Below are positions 8,729-18,880 of a DNA stretch of 37,567 nt, in pieces. The DNA is taken from sequence record SRR20825006_561. The stretch is one strand, 5' to 3'. Position 1 is the first letter of the stretch, and each line of letters opens with the position of its first letter. The translations under genes and the position numbers were made by a program. Below the pieces are notes generated by a model. The model was not told the DNA's origin, made no database searches, and saw only the letters and a list, made by a program, of their open reading frames with translations.

Positions 8729-9822
8729 CCCGTTCTATGCCGCCCGCTGAAACCTGCAAAATCGTCATTGTCGGCGGCGGGCGCTCCGGCACCGCCATCG
8801 CGCGGGTGTTTGGTGCGGATCGGGCCTTTTCGCCTCTTGTGCTGGACATCGACTATGACCGTGTGCGTCTTTTGCAAGCGGAGGGCCTCAATGCCGCACA
8901 GGTCAGTGGCACGGATTTAGACGGGATGGGGCAGGCTCTAAAGGGGGCGGCGGCAGTCATATGCGCTGCGCCGCCCTCCGTTGTGCCCAGTACCGCAAAA
9001 GCCGCGCGCGCGGCGGGTTGCGTGTATTTGGACCTGTGCGAAGACCCAAAAGCATTGCGCGCGGTGTTTGAGATCGCCGCAGGGGCGGAAACGCCCTTCG
9101 CGCCGGGCTGCGGTCTTGCGCCGGGGCTGATTTCACTCATGGTGGACGATCTTGTGACTCGCAGTGGTCCAGAGGCAGAGATCACCGCCTATGTCGGTGT
9201 TTTGCCGGCCAAAAAAACCAATCGTCTCGGCTATGGCAATATGTGGGACATTGAGGCGTTGATCGCGGAATATACCCAGCCCTGTGCTGCGCTGGCGGAC
9301 GGTAAGGTGGTCGGCTTGGCGCCGCTCGACAACCTCGAAACCGTAACCATTTCCGGCGAGACCTTTGAAGCCTTTACCACTTCGGGCACATTGGATGCTT
9401 TGGTCTCGCACTATGAGGGCCGCTTGAAGGGGTTGACGTTTAAGACGCTGCGCTATCATGGGCACCTCGATTACATCTCCTTTCTGCTCGATGATCTGGG
9501 CCTGTCAAAGCGGCTTTATCTTATGCGCAACCTGCTTTTGACCGGGCTTGAACGGATCGAGGACGATCGGGTGATTGTGCATCTGACCTGCTGCGTTGGT
9601 GCGCAGGAACGGACACAGACGCGGCTGTTCTCACCGTCATCACTGTCGCGGCAGACTCCGACGTCCGCCCTTGCGCATATTTCAGCGTATCATGTCTGTT
9701 CGGTGGCGGACATACTCGTGCGTGGTCTTGCGCCGCGCAAGGGTCTGTTGCACCATGGCGATCTTTCACTTGAGATCCTTTCGAACTCTGCCTTTTCAAA
9801 GGCCCTCTTCACCAACGCCTAG
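8725..9822 (+). CDS. Saccharopine dehydrogenase / L-lysine 6-dehydrogenase family protein
   Basis: N-terminal GGGRSG, YLDL.ED, GCGLAPG, VG.LP, LGY...W....LI.EY, EAF.TSG, KTLRY.GH; ATGA overlap with the ATPase gene. Confidence 0.85.
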   Translation: MTRSMPPAETCKIVIVGGGRSGTAIARVFGADRAFSPLVLDIDYDRVRLLQAEGLNAAQVSGTDLDGMGQALKGAAAVICAAPPSVVPSTAKAARAAGCVYLDLCEDPKALRAVFEIAAGAETPFAPGCGLAPGLISLMVDDLVTRSGPEAEITAYVGVLPAKKTNRLGYGNMWDIEALIAEYTQPCAALADGKVVGLAPLDNLETVTISGETFEAFTTSGTLDALVSHYEGRLKGLTFKTLRYHGHLDYISFLLDDLGLSKRLYLMRNLLLTGLERIEDDRVIVHLTCCVGAQERTQTRLFSPSSLSRQTPTSALAHISAYHVCSVADILVRGLAPRKGLLHHGDLSLEILSNSAFSKALFTNA

Positions 9823-9852
9823 GGTCGCAAGGCTCTCACCGGGGAGCAAATC

Positions 9853-10770
9853 ATGTCCGAGAAGCCGCGTATCGCGCAGACTCAAAAAATCGACATTTCG
9901 CTTTTGCAGACCTTTCATTTGGTTGCAAAAATCGGGTCTTTTTCCGGTGCGGCGCGTGAACTCAATATTTCCTACCAATCCGCCGCCAATCATGTCCGAC
10001 GGCTTGAGCAGCTTTATGGCACGCAGTTGGTGAAGGCCGAAAAAGGCTCGCGCGAGATTGTTTTGACGGCTCCGGGGCGCGCGCTTCACGCTTCATTGGG
10101 GGCGGAACTTGACACGATTTTCGCGCGGCTGTCGCTTTTGCTGCGAAATGTCCATTCGGTGATGCGGTTTGGTGTCCCGCAGGCGCTGTTTCATGCGTTC
10201 TTTCCCGAAATTGTCAGGCAGGTGAAAGAAACCCATCCCGATATGGAGCTGAATTTTTTTGAGCGCGACACGGTTCTGTCGTCGATGATGGTCAACGGCG
10301 AATTGGACGCCTGCGTTTGTGAACGTTTCTTTGGCGATGCCAGCATTTCGCAGGTTCTTTTGGGGCAATACCGTCTCGCCTTGGTCTATCCGCAACATTG
10401 GGCGCGCGACTACGCCTCAAGCAATGACCTCGCCTCTTTGCAACAGGAGAATTTTATCACCTACGAGCCGGGTCAAACCCTGCGCTCGCGGGGGATTGAT
10501 TTCCTCACCAAGAAACTGGGCAAAGCACCGCAAAACATGACCACCGTCTCGGGCTCGACCTCCGTCATGGAGCTTGTCAGGGCCGGGATCGGGTATGCCA
10601 TCGTGCCCGAATGGGTTGCCGAAGCGGCGGGAGAGAAGGTCAAATGGATCATTCTCGACGAGATGCAGACCGTAAAGGTCTATTTTGCCACGCCGGTTTT
10701 CTTGTCTGAGGACCCGGTGCTTGTTTTTACACGAGAAATTTGTCGCAATGTGATGGGGTTTCGGGTCTGA
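9853..10770 (+). CDS. LysR family transcriptional regulator
   Basis: F..VA..GSFS.AARELNISYQS....VRRLE HTH, LT.PG, GELD, LV.AG.G.AIVP. Confidence 0.92.
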   Translation: MSEKPRIAQTQKIDISLLQTFHLVAKIGSFSGAARELNISYQSAANHVRRLEQLYGTQLVKAEKGSREIVLTAPGRALHASLGAELDTIFARLSLLLRNVHSVMRFGVPQALFHAFFPEIVRQVKETHPDMELNFFERDTVLSSMMVNGELDACVCERFFGDASISQVLLGQYRLALVYPQHWARDYASSNDLASLQQENFITYEPGQTLRSRGIDFLTKKLGKAPQNMTTVSGSTSVMELVRAGIGYAIVPEWVAEAAGEKVKWIILDEMQTVKVYFATPVFLSEDPVLVFTREICRNVMGFRV

Positions 10771-10842
10771 CACAGCAAAAGGCCTGCCGCTTTAACCCAA
10801 CGCGCAGCCGCCCAGGACATGCCTTATCCCCCCCATTGGGCG

Positions 10843-11301
10843 TTATTTGTTCCTATTTTGCTGTGCGAGATACGCCTCAAACGCCGCCAAAGTGCCCTCG
10901 GAGACGTGGTGTTCGATCCCTTCGGCGTCAAGTTCGGCGGTGGTTTCAGGCACGCCCACGGCGATGAGCAAGGCCACAACGCTGCGATGTCGCGCCCGCA
11001 CCCGATCCGCCAGGGCCGCGCCGTCGTCGGTTAAGAAGACGCCGCGATAGGGGCGAGACGTCGCCAAGCCTTCGCGTTTCAGCCGGGCGATGGCTTTGGT
11101 GGCCGTGGGTTGCGCCACGCCCATGCGCTCGGCAATATCGGCCACGCGGGCTTCGCCATGCTCAGCGATCAAATCGCCGATCATTTCGACATAGTCCTCC
11201 AACAGGGCCACCGCCTGAACTTCGCGGGCACGGGTGAAGCGATCCGCTTGCGAGGCACTCTGTTGTTCTGGCGGAAGATTGGTCGAAAGCGATGGGGCCA
11301 T
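10843..11301 (-). CDS. mntR: Manganese-responsive DtxR-family regulator MntR
   Basis: EDYVEMI.DL....GEAR..DIA.RMGV.QPT, PYRGVFLT, R.RH, DAEGIEHHVS; divergent from mntH; GGAG RBS. Confidence 0.93.
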   Translation of the reverse strand: MAPSLSTNLPPEQQSASQADRFTRAREVQAVALLEDYVEMIGDLIAEHGEARVADIAERMGVAQPTATKAIARLKREGLATSRPYRGVFLTDDGAALADRVRARHRSVVALLIAVGVPETTAELDAEGIEHHVSEGTLAAFEAYLAQQNRNK

Positions 11302-11429
11302 AACGGCGCTCCTGTTCTGTTGGGAATTCTGTATAGCCTAGGGATGACTTTTTCACCAGCATTTAGATTGTGTGGCAAAGGTACGCGGGCTTATATCAGA
11401 GGGTGTCGCTATTCAGGTCAGATTTACTG

Positions 11430-11457
11430 TTGCAATAAGTATAGCGATGGCTATAAA
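11430..11457 (+). promoter_or_regulatory. mntH promoter overlapped by an MntR-type operator
   Basis: Perfect palindrome TATAGC-gatg-GCTATA (11440-11455) matches the ATAGC-N4-GCTAT core of the E. coli MntR box; candidate -35 TTGCAA (11430-11435) and -10 TATAAA (11452-11457), 16-nt spacer. Confidence 0.8.
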
Positions 11458-11488
11458 TCGGCGTAACATTTATTTGTAAGGCGCGTTC

Positions 11489-12778
11489 ATGCCCTCCCTC
11501 ACAGATCGCACAAAACAAGGCATTGCCTCTGTTCTCTCCGGGGACCGTGGCGGCTGGCGTGCGCGCCTGCTGTTTGCCGGGCCTGCCATTATCGCCTCGG
11601 TGGCCTATATGGACCCCGGCAATTACGCCACGAACATCCAGGCGGGCGCGGGCTATGGCTATACGCTGTTATGGGTTGTGCTTTTGGCCAATCTGATCGC
11701 GATGCTGTTTCAGGCGCTCTCAGCGCGGCTGGGCATCGTGACCGGAAAAAACCTGGCCGAACTGTCGCGGGACAATTTCCCTCGCCCGGTGGTCTGGATC
11801 ATGTGGGCGATCAGCGAAGTCGCCGCCATGGCGACGGATTTGGCCGAGTTTTTGGGCGGTGCCATCGGGCTGGCGCTCCTGTTTGACCTGCCGTTGATGG
11901 TCGGAATGATCATCACTGCCATCGTCACCTATGCGATCCTGATCTTTGAGGGCAGAGGCTTTCGCCCAATGGAATTGATCATTGGCGCGCTCGTGGGTGT
12001 CATTGGCCTGTGTTACCTGGCCGAAATCATCATCGCGCCAATTGATTGGGGCGGGGCGGCCATGGGGATGATCACGCCGGAATTGCCCGATGCGGCGGCG
12101 CTGACCATTGCGGTCGGCATCATCGGGGCCACTGTGATGCCCCACGCGATCTACCTGCATTCGGGCCTGACGCAATCGCGTGCCAATGTGCGCAATGCCG
12201 CCGAGCGGCGCAGGGTTTTGAAATTCTCCAACACCGAAGTCGTGGTCGCGCTTGCGGTGGCGGGCATGGTCAATATGGCGATGGTGATGATGGCGGCCTC
12301 TGCCTTTCACTTGGGTCATTCGGATGTGGCCGAAATCGAAACCGCCTACCATACGCTCACACCGCTCTTGGGTGCGGCTGCGGCGGGCATGTTCTTGGCC
12401 TCTTTGATTGCCTCGGGCATTTCAAGCTCGGTCGTCGGCACCATGGCGGGTCAGATGATCATGCAGGGGTTCTTGCATTTTCATGTGCCGATTTGGATTC
12501 GCCGTTTGGTGACCATGGTTCCGGCCTTTGCCGTTGTTGCCGCAGGCGTGAATGCCACTGATGCTTTGGTGATGTCGCAAGTCGTGCTCTCCATCGCTCT
12601 GCCCGTGCCGATGATCGCGCTGATCATTTTCGTGTCGCGCCGTGAAATTATGGGCGAGTTTGTGATCCATCCGGGGCTGCGTCTCTTGGCCGGGGTTGGG
12701 GCCGTTGCGGTGCTGGGGTTGAACTTCGTGCTTTTGGCGGAGTTCTTTGGCCTCAGCATGCCGTTTCTTGCAGGATAG
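11489..12778 (+). CDS. mntH: Nramp-family divalent metal (Mn2+) transporter MntH
   Basis: YMDPGN, GATVMPH, GTMAGQ.IMQGF, SQV.LS; multiple TM helices. Confidence 0.95.
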   Translation: MPSLTDRTKQGIASVLSGDRGGWRARLLFAGPAIIASVAYMDPGNYATNIQAGAGYGYTLLWVVLLANLIAMLFQALSARLGIVTGKNLAELSRDNFPRPVVWIMWAISEVAAMATDLAEFLGGAIGLALLFDLPLMVGMIITAIVTYAILIFEGRGFRPMELIIGALVGVIGLCYLAEIIIAPIDWGGAAMGMITPELPDAAALTIAVGIIGATVMPHAIYLHSGLTQSRANVRNAAERRRVLKFSNTEVVVALAVAGMVNMAMVMMAASAFHLGHSDVAEIETAYHTLTPLLGAAAAGMFLASLIASGISSSVVGTMAGQMIMQGFLHFHVPIWIRRLVTMVPAFAVVAAGVNATDALVMSQVVLSIALPVPMIALIIFVSRREIMGEFVIHPGLRLLAGVGAVAVLGLNFVLLAEFFGLSMPFLAG

Positions 12779-12925
12779 CGTTGTGGGCAGTGTTTGCTGA
12801 AAAATTGATCGTTTGCCCTATTTTTCCCCGCCAAACCCCGACCCAAGGCGTTTTGCCCGTGAAGCCGGGATGAAGCACTTATAGTCTGATAGGGATCGGG
12901 CATTCGGGCAAAGGGCGAACAGACC

Positions 12926-15900
12926 ATGGCGATTTACGCATCCATCCATCACGTCACCCATTATAAATATGATCGCAATGTTGACCTTGGCCCGCAAATC
13001 ATCCGTCTGCGTCCCGCGCCACATTCGCGCACGCGGGTGATTTCGCATTCGCTCAAGGTTTCTCCTGCCAATCATTTTGTCAATCGCCAACAAGATCCCT
13101 ATGGCAACTGGCAGACCCGGTTTGTGTTCCCCGAACCCGTGCGGGAATTCAAAATCGAGGTCGATCTTGTCGCCGATATGACCGTCTATAACCCGTTCGA
13201 TTTCTTTATCGAAGAAGAGGCCGAAGAGTGGCCGTTTGAGTATCCGGCGGACCTCAGGGACGATCTTGTGATCTACCGCACCCCCGAACCCGAAGGCCCG
13301 CTTTTGGCGCAATTCATCGGCACTCTCGATCTCAAAAAGATGCGGACGGTGGATTTTCTGGTCGGGCTGAACGCCCAGATCGCCAATTTCGTGAATTACA
13401 CCATTCGGATGGAAGCGGGGGTGCAGACGCCCGAAGAGACGCTTGAAAAACGCTCCGGCTCGTGTCGCGATTCCAGTTGGTTGTTGGTGCAGGTGCTGCG
13501 CCATCTGGGCCTGGCCGCGCGCTTTGTGTCAGGCTATCTCATTCAACTCAAACCCGATGTCGAGGCGCTCGATGGCCCCTCTGGCACGGATCATGATTTC
13601 ACCGATCTTCATGCCTGGTGCGAAGTGTTTATCCCCGGCGCGGGCTGGATCGGGCTCGATCCGACCTCCGGGCTTTTGACCGGCGAAAGCCATATCCCGC
13701 TGGCCGCCACCCCGCATTACCGCAACGCCGCGCCGATTTCGGGTGGCTACACCTCGGTCGGCGCACCTGAGGTCAGCTTTGATTTCCAAATGGAGGTCAA
13801 ACGTGTCTCTGAACATCCGCGCATCACCAAACCTTTCTCGGATGAGGCATGGGATCGGCTCAACGCGCTGGGTCATAAGGTCGATAAAGCGCTGAAAGAG
13901 GGAGACGTGCGCCTGACCATGGGCGGTGAGCCGACCTTTGTGTCGATTGATGATTTTGAAAGCGCGGAATGGAACACCGAAGCCGTGGGGCCGCAAAAGC
14001 GCGCCTTGGCCGATGAGCTGATCCGGCGGCTGCAAACCCGGTTCGCGCCGGGGGGCTTTCTGCATTATGGCCAAGGCAAATGGTATCCGGGTGAAAGCCT
14101 GCCGCGTTGGACCTTTTCGCTCTATTGGCGGCGCGATGGTAAACCGGTTTGGAAAAACCCGGACCTGATCGCGAAGGAGGATGTGCCTGTGCCCGCTGGC
14201 GCGACAGAGGCCGGGGCGTTTATGAAGAAGTTCGCCGAAAACCTCGGCGTCGACCCGGTCAACGCCCAACCTGCCTATGAGGACCCGGCGGAATGGATTT
14301 TGAAAGAATCCCTGCTGCCGCCCAATGTGAACCCGGAAAACAGCAAGCTGAAGAACCCCGAAGACCGCGCTCGCTATGCGCGGGTGTTTGAGCGCGGGTT
14401 GACCGAACCCTCGGGCTATGTCCTGCCGATCCAGCGCTGGCAATCAAAAGCCGGGTCAAATTGGATTTCGGAGCTGTGGCAAACCCGGCGCGGGCGTTTG
14501 TTTTTGGTGCCCGGTGATAGCCCGGTGGGCTTCCGCCTGCCTTTGGGCGCTTTGCCGCATATTCCTCCGGCGAGTTTCCCCTATTCCTATCCGTCTGACC
14601 CGATGATGGATCACGGGCCTTTACCGGATTTCCACAAAAAGCTGTCTGAACGGCGCAAGCGGGTGGAGGACGAAATCGCCCGATTGGCCGCCGAAGAAGA
14701 GGCGCGTGCGGCACAGGAAGCCAAGGAAAAATCCGATCTTTTGCCTGAGGCATCCGAGGGCCACAGCCAACCCGTGAGCCAAGCCAAAGTGTCTGAGGCC
14801 GAACGTCAGGCGCTTATCGCGCAGGGCATTGATCCGTCCACCAGCGAAGTGCGCACCGCGATTGCGATTGAGCCGCGCGACGGGCGGTTGTGTCTGTTCA
14901 TGCCGCCCTGTGAGGCGCTTGAGGATTACCTTGAACTGTTGGCCGCAGCCGAAGACACCGCCGAAGAGCTTGGCCTGCCGATCCATGTCGAAGGCTATTC
15001 CCCGCCCGAAGATCCGCGTCTCAATGTGATCCGTGTCGCCCCCGATCCCGGCGTGATCGAGGTGAATATTCACCCGGCGCATAGCTGGGACGATTGTGTT
15101 GCCACCACGGAGGCGATCTATGCAGAGGCGCGTTTGTCGCGTCTGGGCGCGGATAAATTCATGATCGACGGGCGCCATACCGGAACCGGCGGCGGCAACC
15201 ACGTTGTTGTCGGCGGGGCGACACCTGCGGATTCGCCCTTCCTGCGTCGTCCGGATTTGCTCAAATCTCTGATCCTGATCTGGCAACGTCATCCGGCGCT
15301 GTCTTATCTGTTCTCTGGGTTGTTCATCGGCCCAACGTCCCAAGCTCCGCGTATTGATGAGGCGCGGCACGACACGCTTTATGAGCTCGAAATCGCCCTG
15401 TCGCAGATCACGCCTCCGACCGAGGGCGCGGTGCCGCCCGCATGGTTGGTGGATCGTTTGCTGCGCAATATGTTGACCGACGTGACAGGCAACACCCACC
15501 GCGCCGAGATTTGTATCGACAAATTGTTCTCCCCAGATGGGCCGACCGGGCGGCTTGGCTTGGTCGAATTCCGGGGCTTCGAGATGCCACCGCATCCGCG
15601 CATGAGCCTTGCGCAACAGGTGTTGTTACGCGCCATCATCGCGCGCTGTTGGAACGCGCCTGTCGAGGGCAAGCCGGTGCGTTGGGGCACGGTGTTGCAT
15701 GATCGGTTCATGTTGCCGCATTTCCTGTGGGAAGATCTTTTGTCGCTTCTGAATGATCTCAAATTGCACGGATTCGAGTTGGACCCGGAATGGTATGTCG
15801 CGCAGGCCGAGTTCCGCTTTCCGTTTTGTGGTCAGATTGAGGCCGAGGGCGTTCATCTTGAAATCCGTCAGGCGCTTGAGCCGTGGCATGTGTTGGGCGA

Positions 15901-16369
15901 AACGGGGGCGATCGGGGGCACCGTGCGCTACACCGACAGTTCGGTCGAACGGCTTCAGGTCAAAATGACCACGTTGCACCAGGATCGCTACCGCATCATG
16001 TGCAACCAGCGCCCCGTGCCGATGGCGCGCACCGCGACCTCCGGCACCTCTGTCGGTGGCGTTCGCTTCAAGGCCTGGCAGCCGCCAGAGGCCCTGCATC
16101 CGGTCTTGCCGGTCAACGTGCCGCTGACCTTTGACATCTATGATGATTGGACGGGGCGGGCGCTTTCGGGCTGTACCTATCACGTCGCGCATCCGGGCGG
16201 GCGTAGCTACGACACCTTCCCGGTCAATGGCAACGAGGCCGAAGCGCGGCGTTTGGCGCGGTTTGAACCCTATGGTCATGCGCCGGGCACATACACCCCC
16301 GTCACGGAGGTCCCGCATCCCGAATTTCCCTTGACCCTTGACCTCAGGAGGCCCATCGGTCTGCTTTAA
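12926..16369 (+). CDS. Transglutaminase-like domain fused to DUF2126 (putative COOH-NH2 amidoligase)
   Basis: N-terminal H.T.Y.YDR...[12 protein letters not shown]; triad GSCRD / LHAW / GLDPT; then [48 protein letters not shown]. Confidence 0.9.
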   Translation: MAIYASIHHVTHYKYDRNVDLGPQIIRLRPAPHSRTRVISHSLKVSPANHFVNRQQDPYGNWQTRFVFPEPVREFKIEVDLVADMTVYNPFDFFIEEEAEEWPFEYPADLRDDLVIYRTPEPEGPLLAQFIGTLDLKKMRTVDFLVGLNAQIANFVNYTIRMEAGVQTPEETLEKRSGSCRDSSWLLVQVLRHLGLAARFVSGYLIQLKPDVEALDGPSGTDHDFTDLHAWCEVFIPGAGWIGLDPTSGLLTGESHIPLAATPHYRNAAPISGGYTSVGAPEVSFDFQMEVKRVSEHPRITKPFSDEAWDRLNALGHKVDKALKEGDVRLTMGGEPTFVSIDDFESAEWNTEAVGPQKRALADELIRRLQTRFAPGGFLHYGQGKWYPGESLPRWTFSLYWRRDGKPVWKNPDLIAKEDVPVPAGATEAGAFMKKFAENLGVDPVNAQPAYEDPAEWILKESLLPPNVNPENSKLKNPEDRARYARVFERGLTEPSGYVLPIQRWQSKAGSNWISELWQTRRGRLFLVPGDSPVGFRLPLGALPHIPPASFPYSYPSDPMMDHGPLPDFHKKLSERRKRVEDEIARLAAEEEARAAQEAKEKSDLLPEASEGHSQPVSQAKVSEAERQALIAQGIDPSTSEVRTAIAIEPRDGRLCLFMPPCEALEDYLELLAAAEDTAEELGLPIHVEGYSPPEDPRLNVIRVAPDPGVIEVNIHPAHSWDDCVATTEAIYAEARLSRLGADKFMIDGRHTGTGGGNHVVVGGATPADSPFLRRPDLLKSLILIWQRHPALSYLFSGLFIGPTSQAPRIDEARHDTLYELEIALSQITPPTEGAVPPAWLVDRLLRNMLTDVTGNTHRAEICIDKLFSPDGPTGRLGLVEFRGFEMPPHPRMSLAQQVLLRAIIARCWNAPVEGKPVRWGTVLHDRFMLPHFLWEDLLSLLNDLKLHGFELDPEWYVAQAEFRFPFCGQIEAEGVHLEIRQALEPWHVLGETGAIGGTVRYTDSSVERLQVKMTTLHQDRYRIMCNQRPVPMARTATSGTSVGGVRFKAWQPPEALHPVLPVNVPLTFDIYDDWTGRALSGCTYHVAHPGGRSYDTFPVNGNEAEARRLARFEPYGHAPGTYTPVTEVPHPEFPLTLDLRRPIGLL

Positions 16370-16453
16370 GCCTTGTTCAGGGCGTTTTGCGGTAGTCTAA
16401 TCTCGCGAAACGCCCCAGAGGCAAAGGCAAGGTTAGGATACCCAAGGGACATC

Positions 16454-18877
16454 ATGCCCAATTCAGCGCGGCCCACTGACGTGACGTCGGATTTCTTTTC
16501 CGCCTATCTGCAACGCCCGGGCGTGGCCGATGAGTTGTTTGATGCCAAAGGCCAGATGCGCCCGGTGTGGCGGCGGTTTGTCGATCGCTTTGCTCGCCTG
16601 ACCCCCGCCGAGATTGAAGCACGCTTTGAGCGCGGCGATCAATATCTGCGCGATGCGGGCGTGTTTTACCGCCAATACTCCAACGACCCTCTGGCGGAAC
16701 GGGATTGGCCCCTGAGCCACATCCCGGTGATCCTGCACGAAGACGAATGGGCCACGATCTGTGCCGGGTTGACGCAGCGCGCCGATCTTTTGGAACGGGT
16801 CATGACCGATCTCTATGGTCCGGGCCGTTTGGTGGCGGACGATCACTTGCCAGCGGCCTTGATTGCGCGCTCGCCGCACTGGCTGCGCCCGATGGTGGGG
16901 GTGGAACCGCGCGGCGGGCATTACCTGCATTTCATCGCCTTCGAGATCGGGCGTTCGCCGGACGGCACATGGTTTGTTCTGGGCGACCGGACACAGGCGC
17001 CCTCGGGGGCGGGATTTGCGCTTGAAAACCGGATGGCGACGGGGCGGATTTTCCCCGAACGCTTTCCGCGGGCGCATATCCACAAACTGTCGGGCTTTTT
17101 CGGTACTTTCCGCAATGCGATGGAACGTCTGGCCTCGCCACAATGGGAACCGCACCGGGTCAGTGGCATTCTGACACCCGGCCCCTCCAACGACACCTAT
17201 TACGAACATACCTATATCGCGCGCTACCTTGGGATGATGTTGCTTGAGGGCGAAGACATCGTGGTCGAAAATGCCCAAGCCATGGTGCGCACGATCGAGG
17301 GGTTGCAACCGCTTGGCATGTTGTGGCGCCGGATTGATGCGGCCTTTGCCGACCCGATTGAGTTCAATCCAACCTCGCATATCGGCACGCCGGGTCTTAT
17401 GGAAGCGGTTCGGGCCGGGCACCTTGGCATGGCCAACGCGCTTGGCTCGGGTGTGCTTGAGATGCGGGCGATGATGGCGTTTTTGCCGCGCATGTCAAAG
17501 GTGCTCACCGGACAGCCTTTGGCCCTGCCCAACATTGCAACATGGTGGTGTGGCGGGACGCGGGAGCGGGCCTATGTCCAAAAGAACGCACAAAACATGC
17601 TGATCAGCCCGGCGGATGCGGTGGATCTACCGTTTGATCTTGGGGCGACAACGGCGCTGGGCGGGGAATTCCGCGGCACAGCGATGGGGTCGATCTCCGA
17701 TTGGCTTGAGCGCGAAGGCGACCGGCTTGTGGGTCAAGAGGCGGTGACGCTTTCGACCACGCCCGCATGGCAGGCGGATGGCGAAGGCAGTGGCCGGGTT
17801 GTGCCGCGTCCGATGACCGTGCGGATCTTTGCCGCACGGACTTCTGAGGGCTGGCAGTTCATGAAGGGCGGTTATGCTCGTATTGGCCGCAGTGAAGATG
17901 TCACCGCCCTCGCGATGCAGCGCGGCGGATCGGTGGCGGACGTTTGGGTGGTCTCGGATCGGCCTCTGCCGCACACAAAATCCGCCGTCCCGTCCGATGG
18001 TAATTTCCGTCGCGCCGCCCCCGGTATTCTCCCGGCGCGCGCCGCTGACAACCTGTTTTGGCTGGGGCGCTATGTGGAGCGCACCGAAGATGCGGCGCGT
18101 TTGATCCGGGCCTATCATTTGCGCTTGGCCGCCACCGACAATCGCAATGACCCGCGTTTGAAAGCCCTGCGCAGCTATATGGCAGGATACGGGTTTGATC
18201 TGTCCCAAACCGTGCCCGAGGCGTTGATTTCGCGCATCAACACGGCGCGCAATTGCGCGTTCAACGTGCGCGATCGGTTTTCGACCGATGGCATTTCGGC
18301 GCTGAGCGATTTGTTGAAAACCGCCACGCGGATGACCAAAACGGTCCAGCCCGGCGACGATTGCGCGCGGGCGATGTCGGTTTTGGTCCGCAAAATCGCC
18401 GGGATCACCGGACTCGTGCACGAAAACATGTACCGATTTGCCGGGTGGCGGTTTTTGAGCATTGGCCGGGCTTTGGAACGCTCGGATGCGATGGCCTCGC
18501 TTTTGGCGCGGTTCACCGGCGAGGATGCGCCGGAGGGCGCGCTCGATTTGGCAGTTGAAGTGGGGGATTCGATCATCACCCATCAGCGCCGCTATCGGGT
18601 CGAAACCAGCCGCGACACCGTGGTGGATCTCTTGGCTTTGGACGCTGACAACCCGCGTGCGCTGCTGTTCTTGATCCGCGCCCTGCGCCAGCATGCCGAG
18701 GCTTTGCCCAACGCCCATTTGCATGGTCGTCCGTCCGACTTGTTGCGTACAATCTTGCCGCTTGAGACCGGGATTGCTTGTGCCATGCCGGTCGAGATGA
18801 CGCCGGAGCGGCTGATGTCCATCAGGGCGGATTTGGCGCGGATTTCCGATCTGATTTCCGCGGCGTATTTGAGGTAA
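16454..18877 (+). CDS. Circularly permuted type 2 ATP-grasp protein fused to alpha-E domain
   Basis: GL.QRA.LL, DRTQAPSGAGFALENR, LTPGP.N.TY.EH, NALGSG, LPNIATWWCG, GGYAR; alpha-E motifs LFWLGRYVER and IGRALER. Start ATG 16454. Confidence 0.9.
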   Translation: MPNSARPTDVTSDFFSAYLQRPGVADELFDAKGQMRPVWRRFVDRFARLTPAEIEARFERGDQYLRDAGVFYRQYSNDPLAERDWPLSHIPVILHEDEWATICAGLTQRADLLERVMTDLYGPGRLVADDHLPAALIARSPHWLRPMVGVEPRGGHYLHFIAFEIGRSPDGTWFVLGDRTQAPSGAGFALENRMATGRIFPERFPRAHIHKLSGFFGTFRNAMERLASPQWEPHRVSGILTPGPSNDTYYEHTYIARYLGMMLLEGEDIVVENAQAMVRTIEGLQPLGMLWRRIDAAFADPIEFNPTSHIGTPGLMEAVRAGHLGMANALGSGVLEMRAMMAFLPRMSKVLTGQPLALPNIATWWCGGTRERAYVQKNAQNMLISPADAVDLPFDLGATTALGGEFRGTAMGSISDWLEREGDRLVGQEAVTLSTTPAWQADGEGSGRVVPRPMTVRIFAARTSEGWQFMKGGYARIGRSEDVTALAMQRGGSVADVWVVSDRPLPHTKSAVPSDGNFRRAAPGILPARAADNLFWLGRYVERTEDAARLIRAYHLRLAATDNRNDPRLKALRSYMAGYGFDLSQTVPEALISRINTARNCAFNVRDRFSTDGISALSDLLKTATRMTKTVQPGDDCARAMSVLVRKIAGITGLVHENMYRFAGWRFLSIGRALERSDAMASLLARFTGEDAPEGALDLAVEVGDSIITHQRRYRVETSRDTVVDLLALDADNPRALLFLIRALRQHAEALPNAHLHGRPSDLLRTILPLETGIACAMPVEMTPERLMSIRADLARISDLISAAYLR

Positions 18878-18880
18878 GCG

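Noticed and set aside
11302-11488. Mn-sensing yybP-ykoY riboswitch before mntH
   Set aside because: No recognisable structure; the candidate promoter leaves too short a leader; the MntR operator explains regulation.
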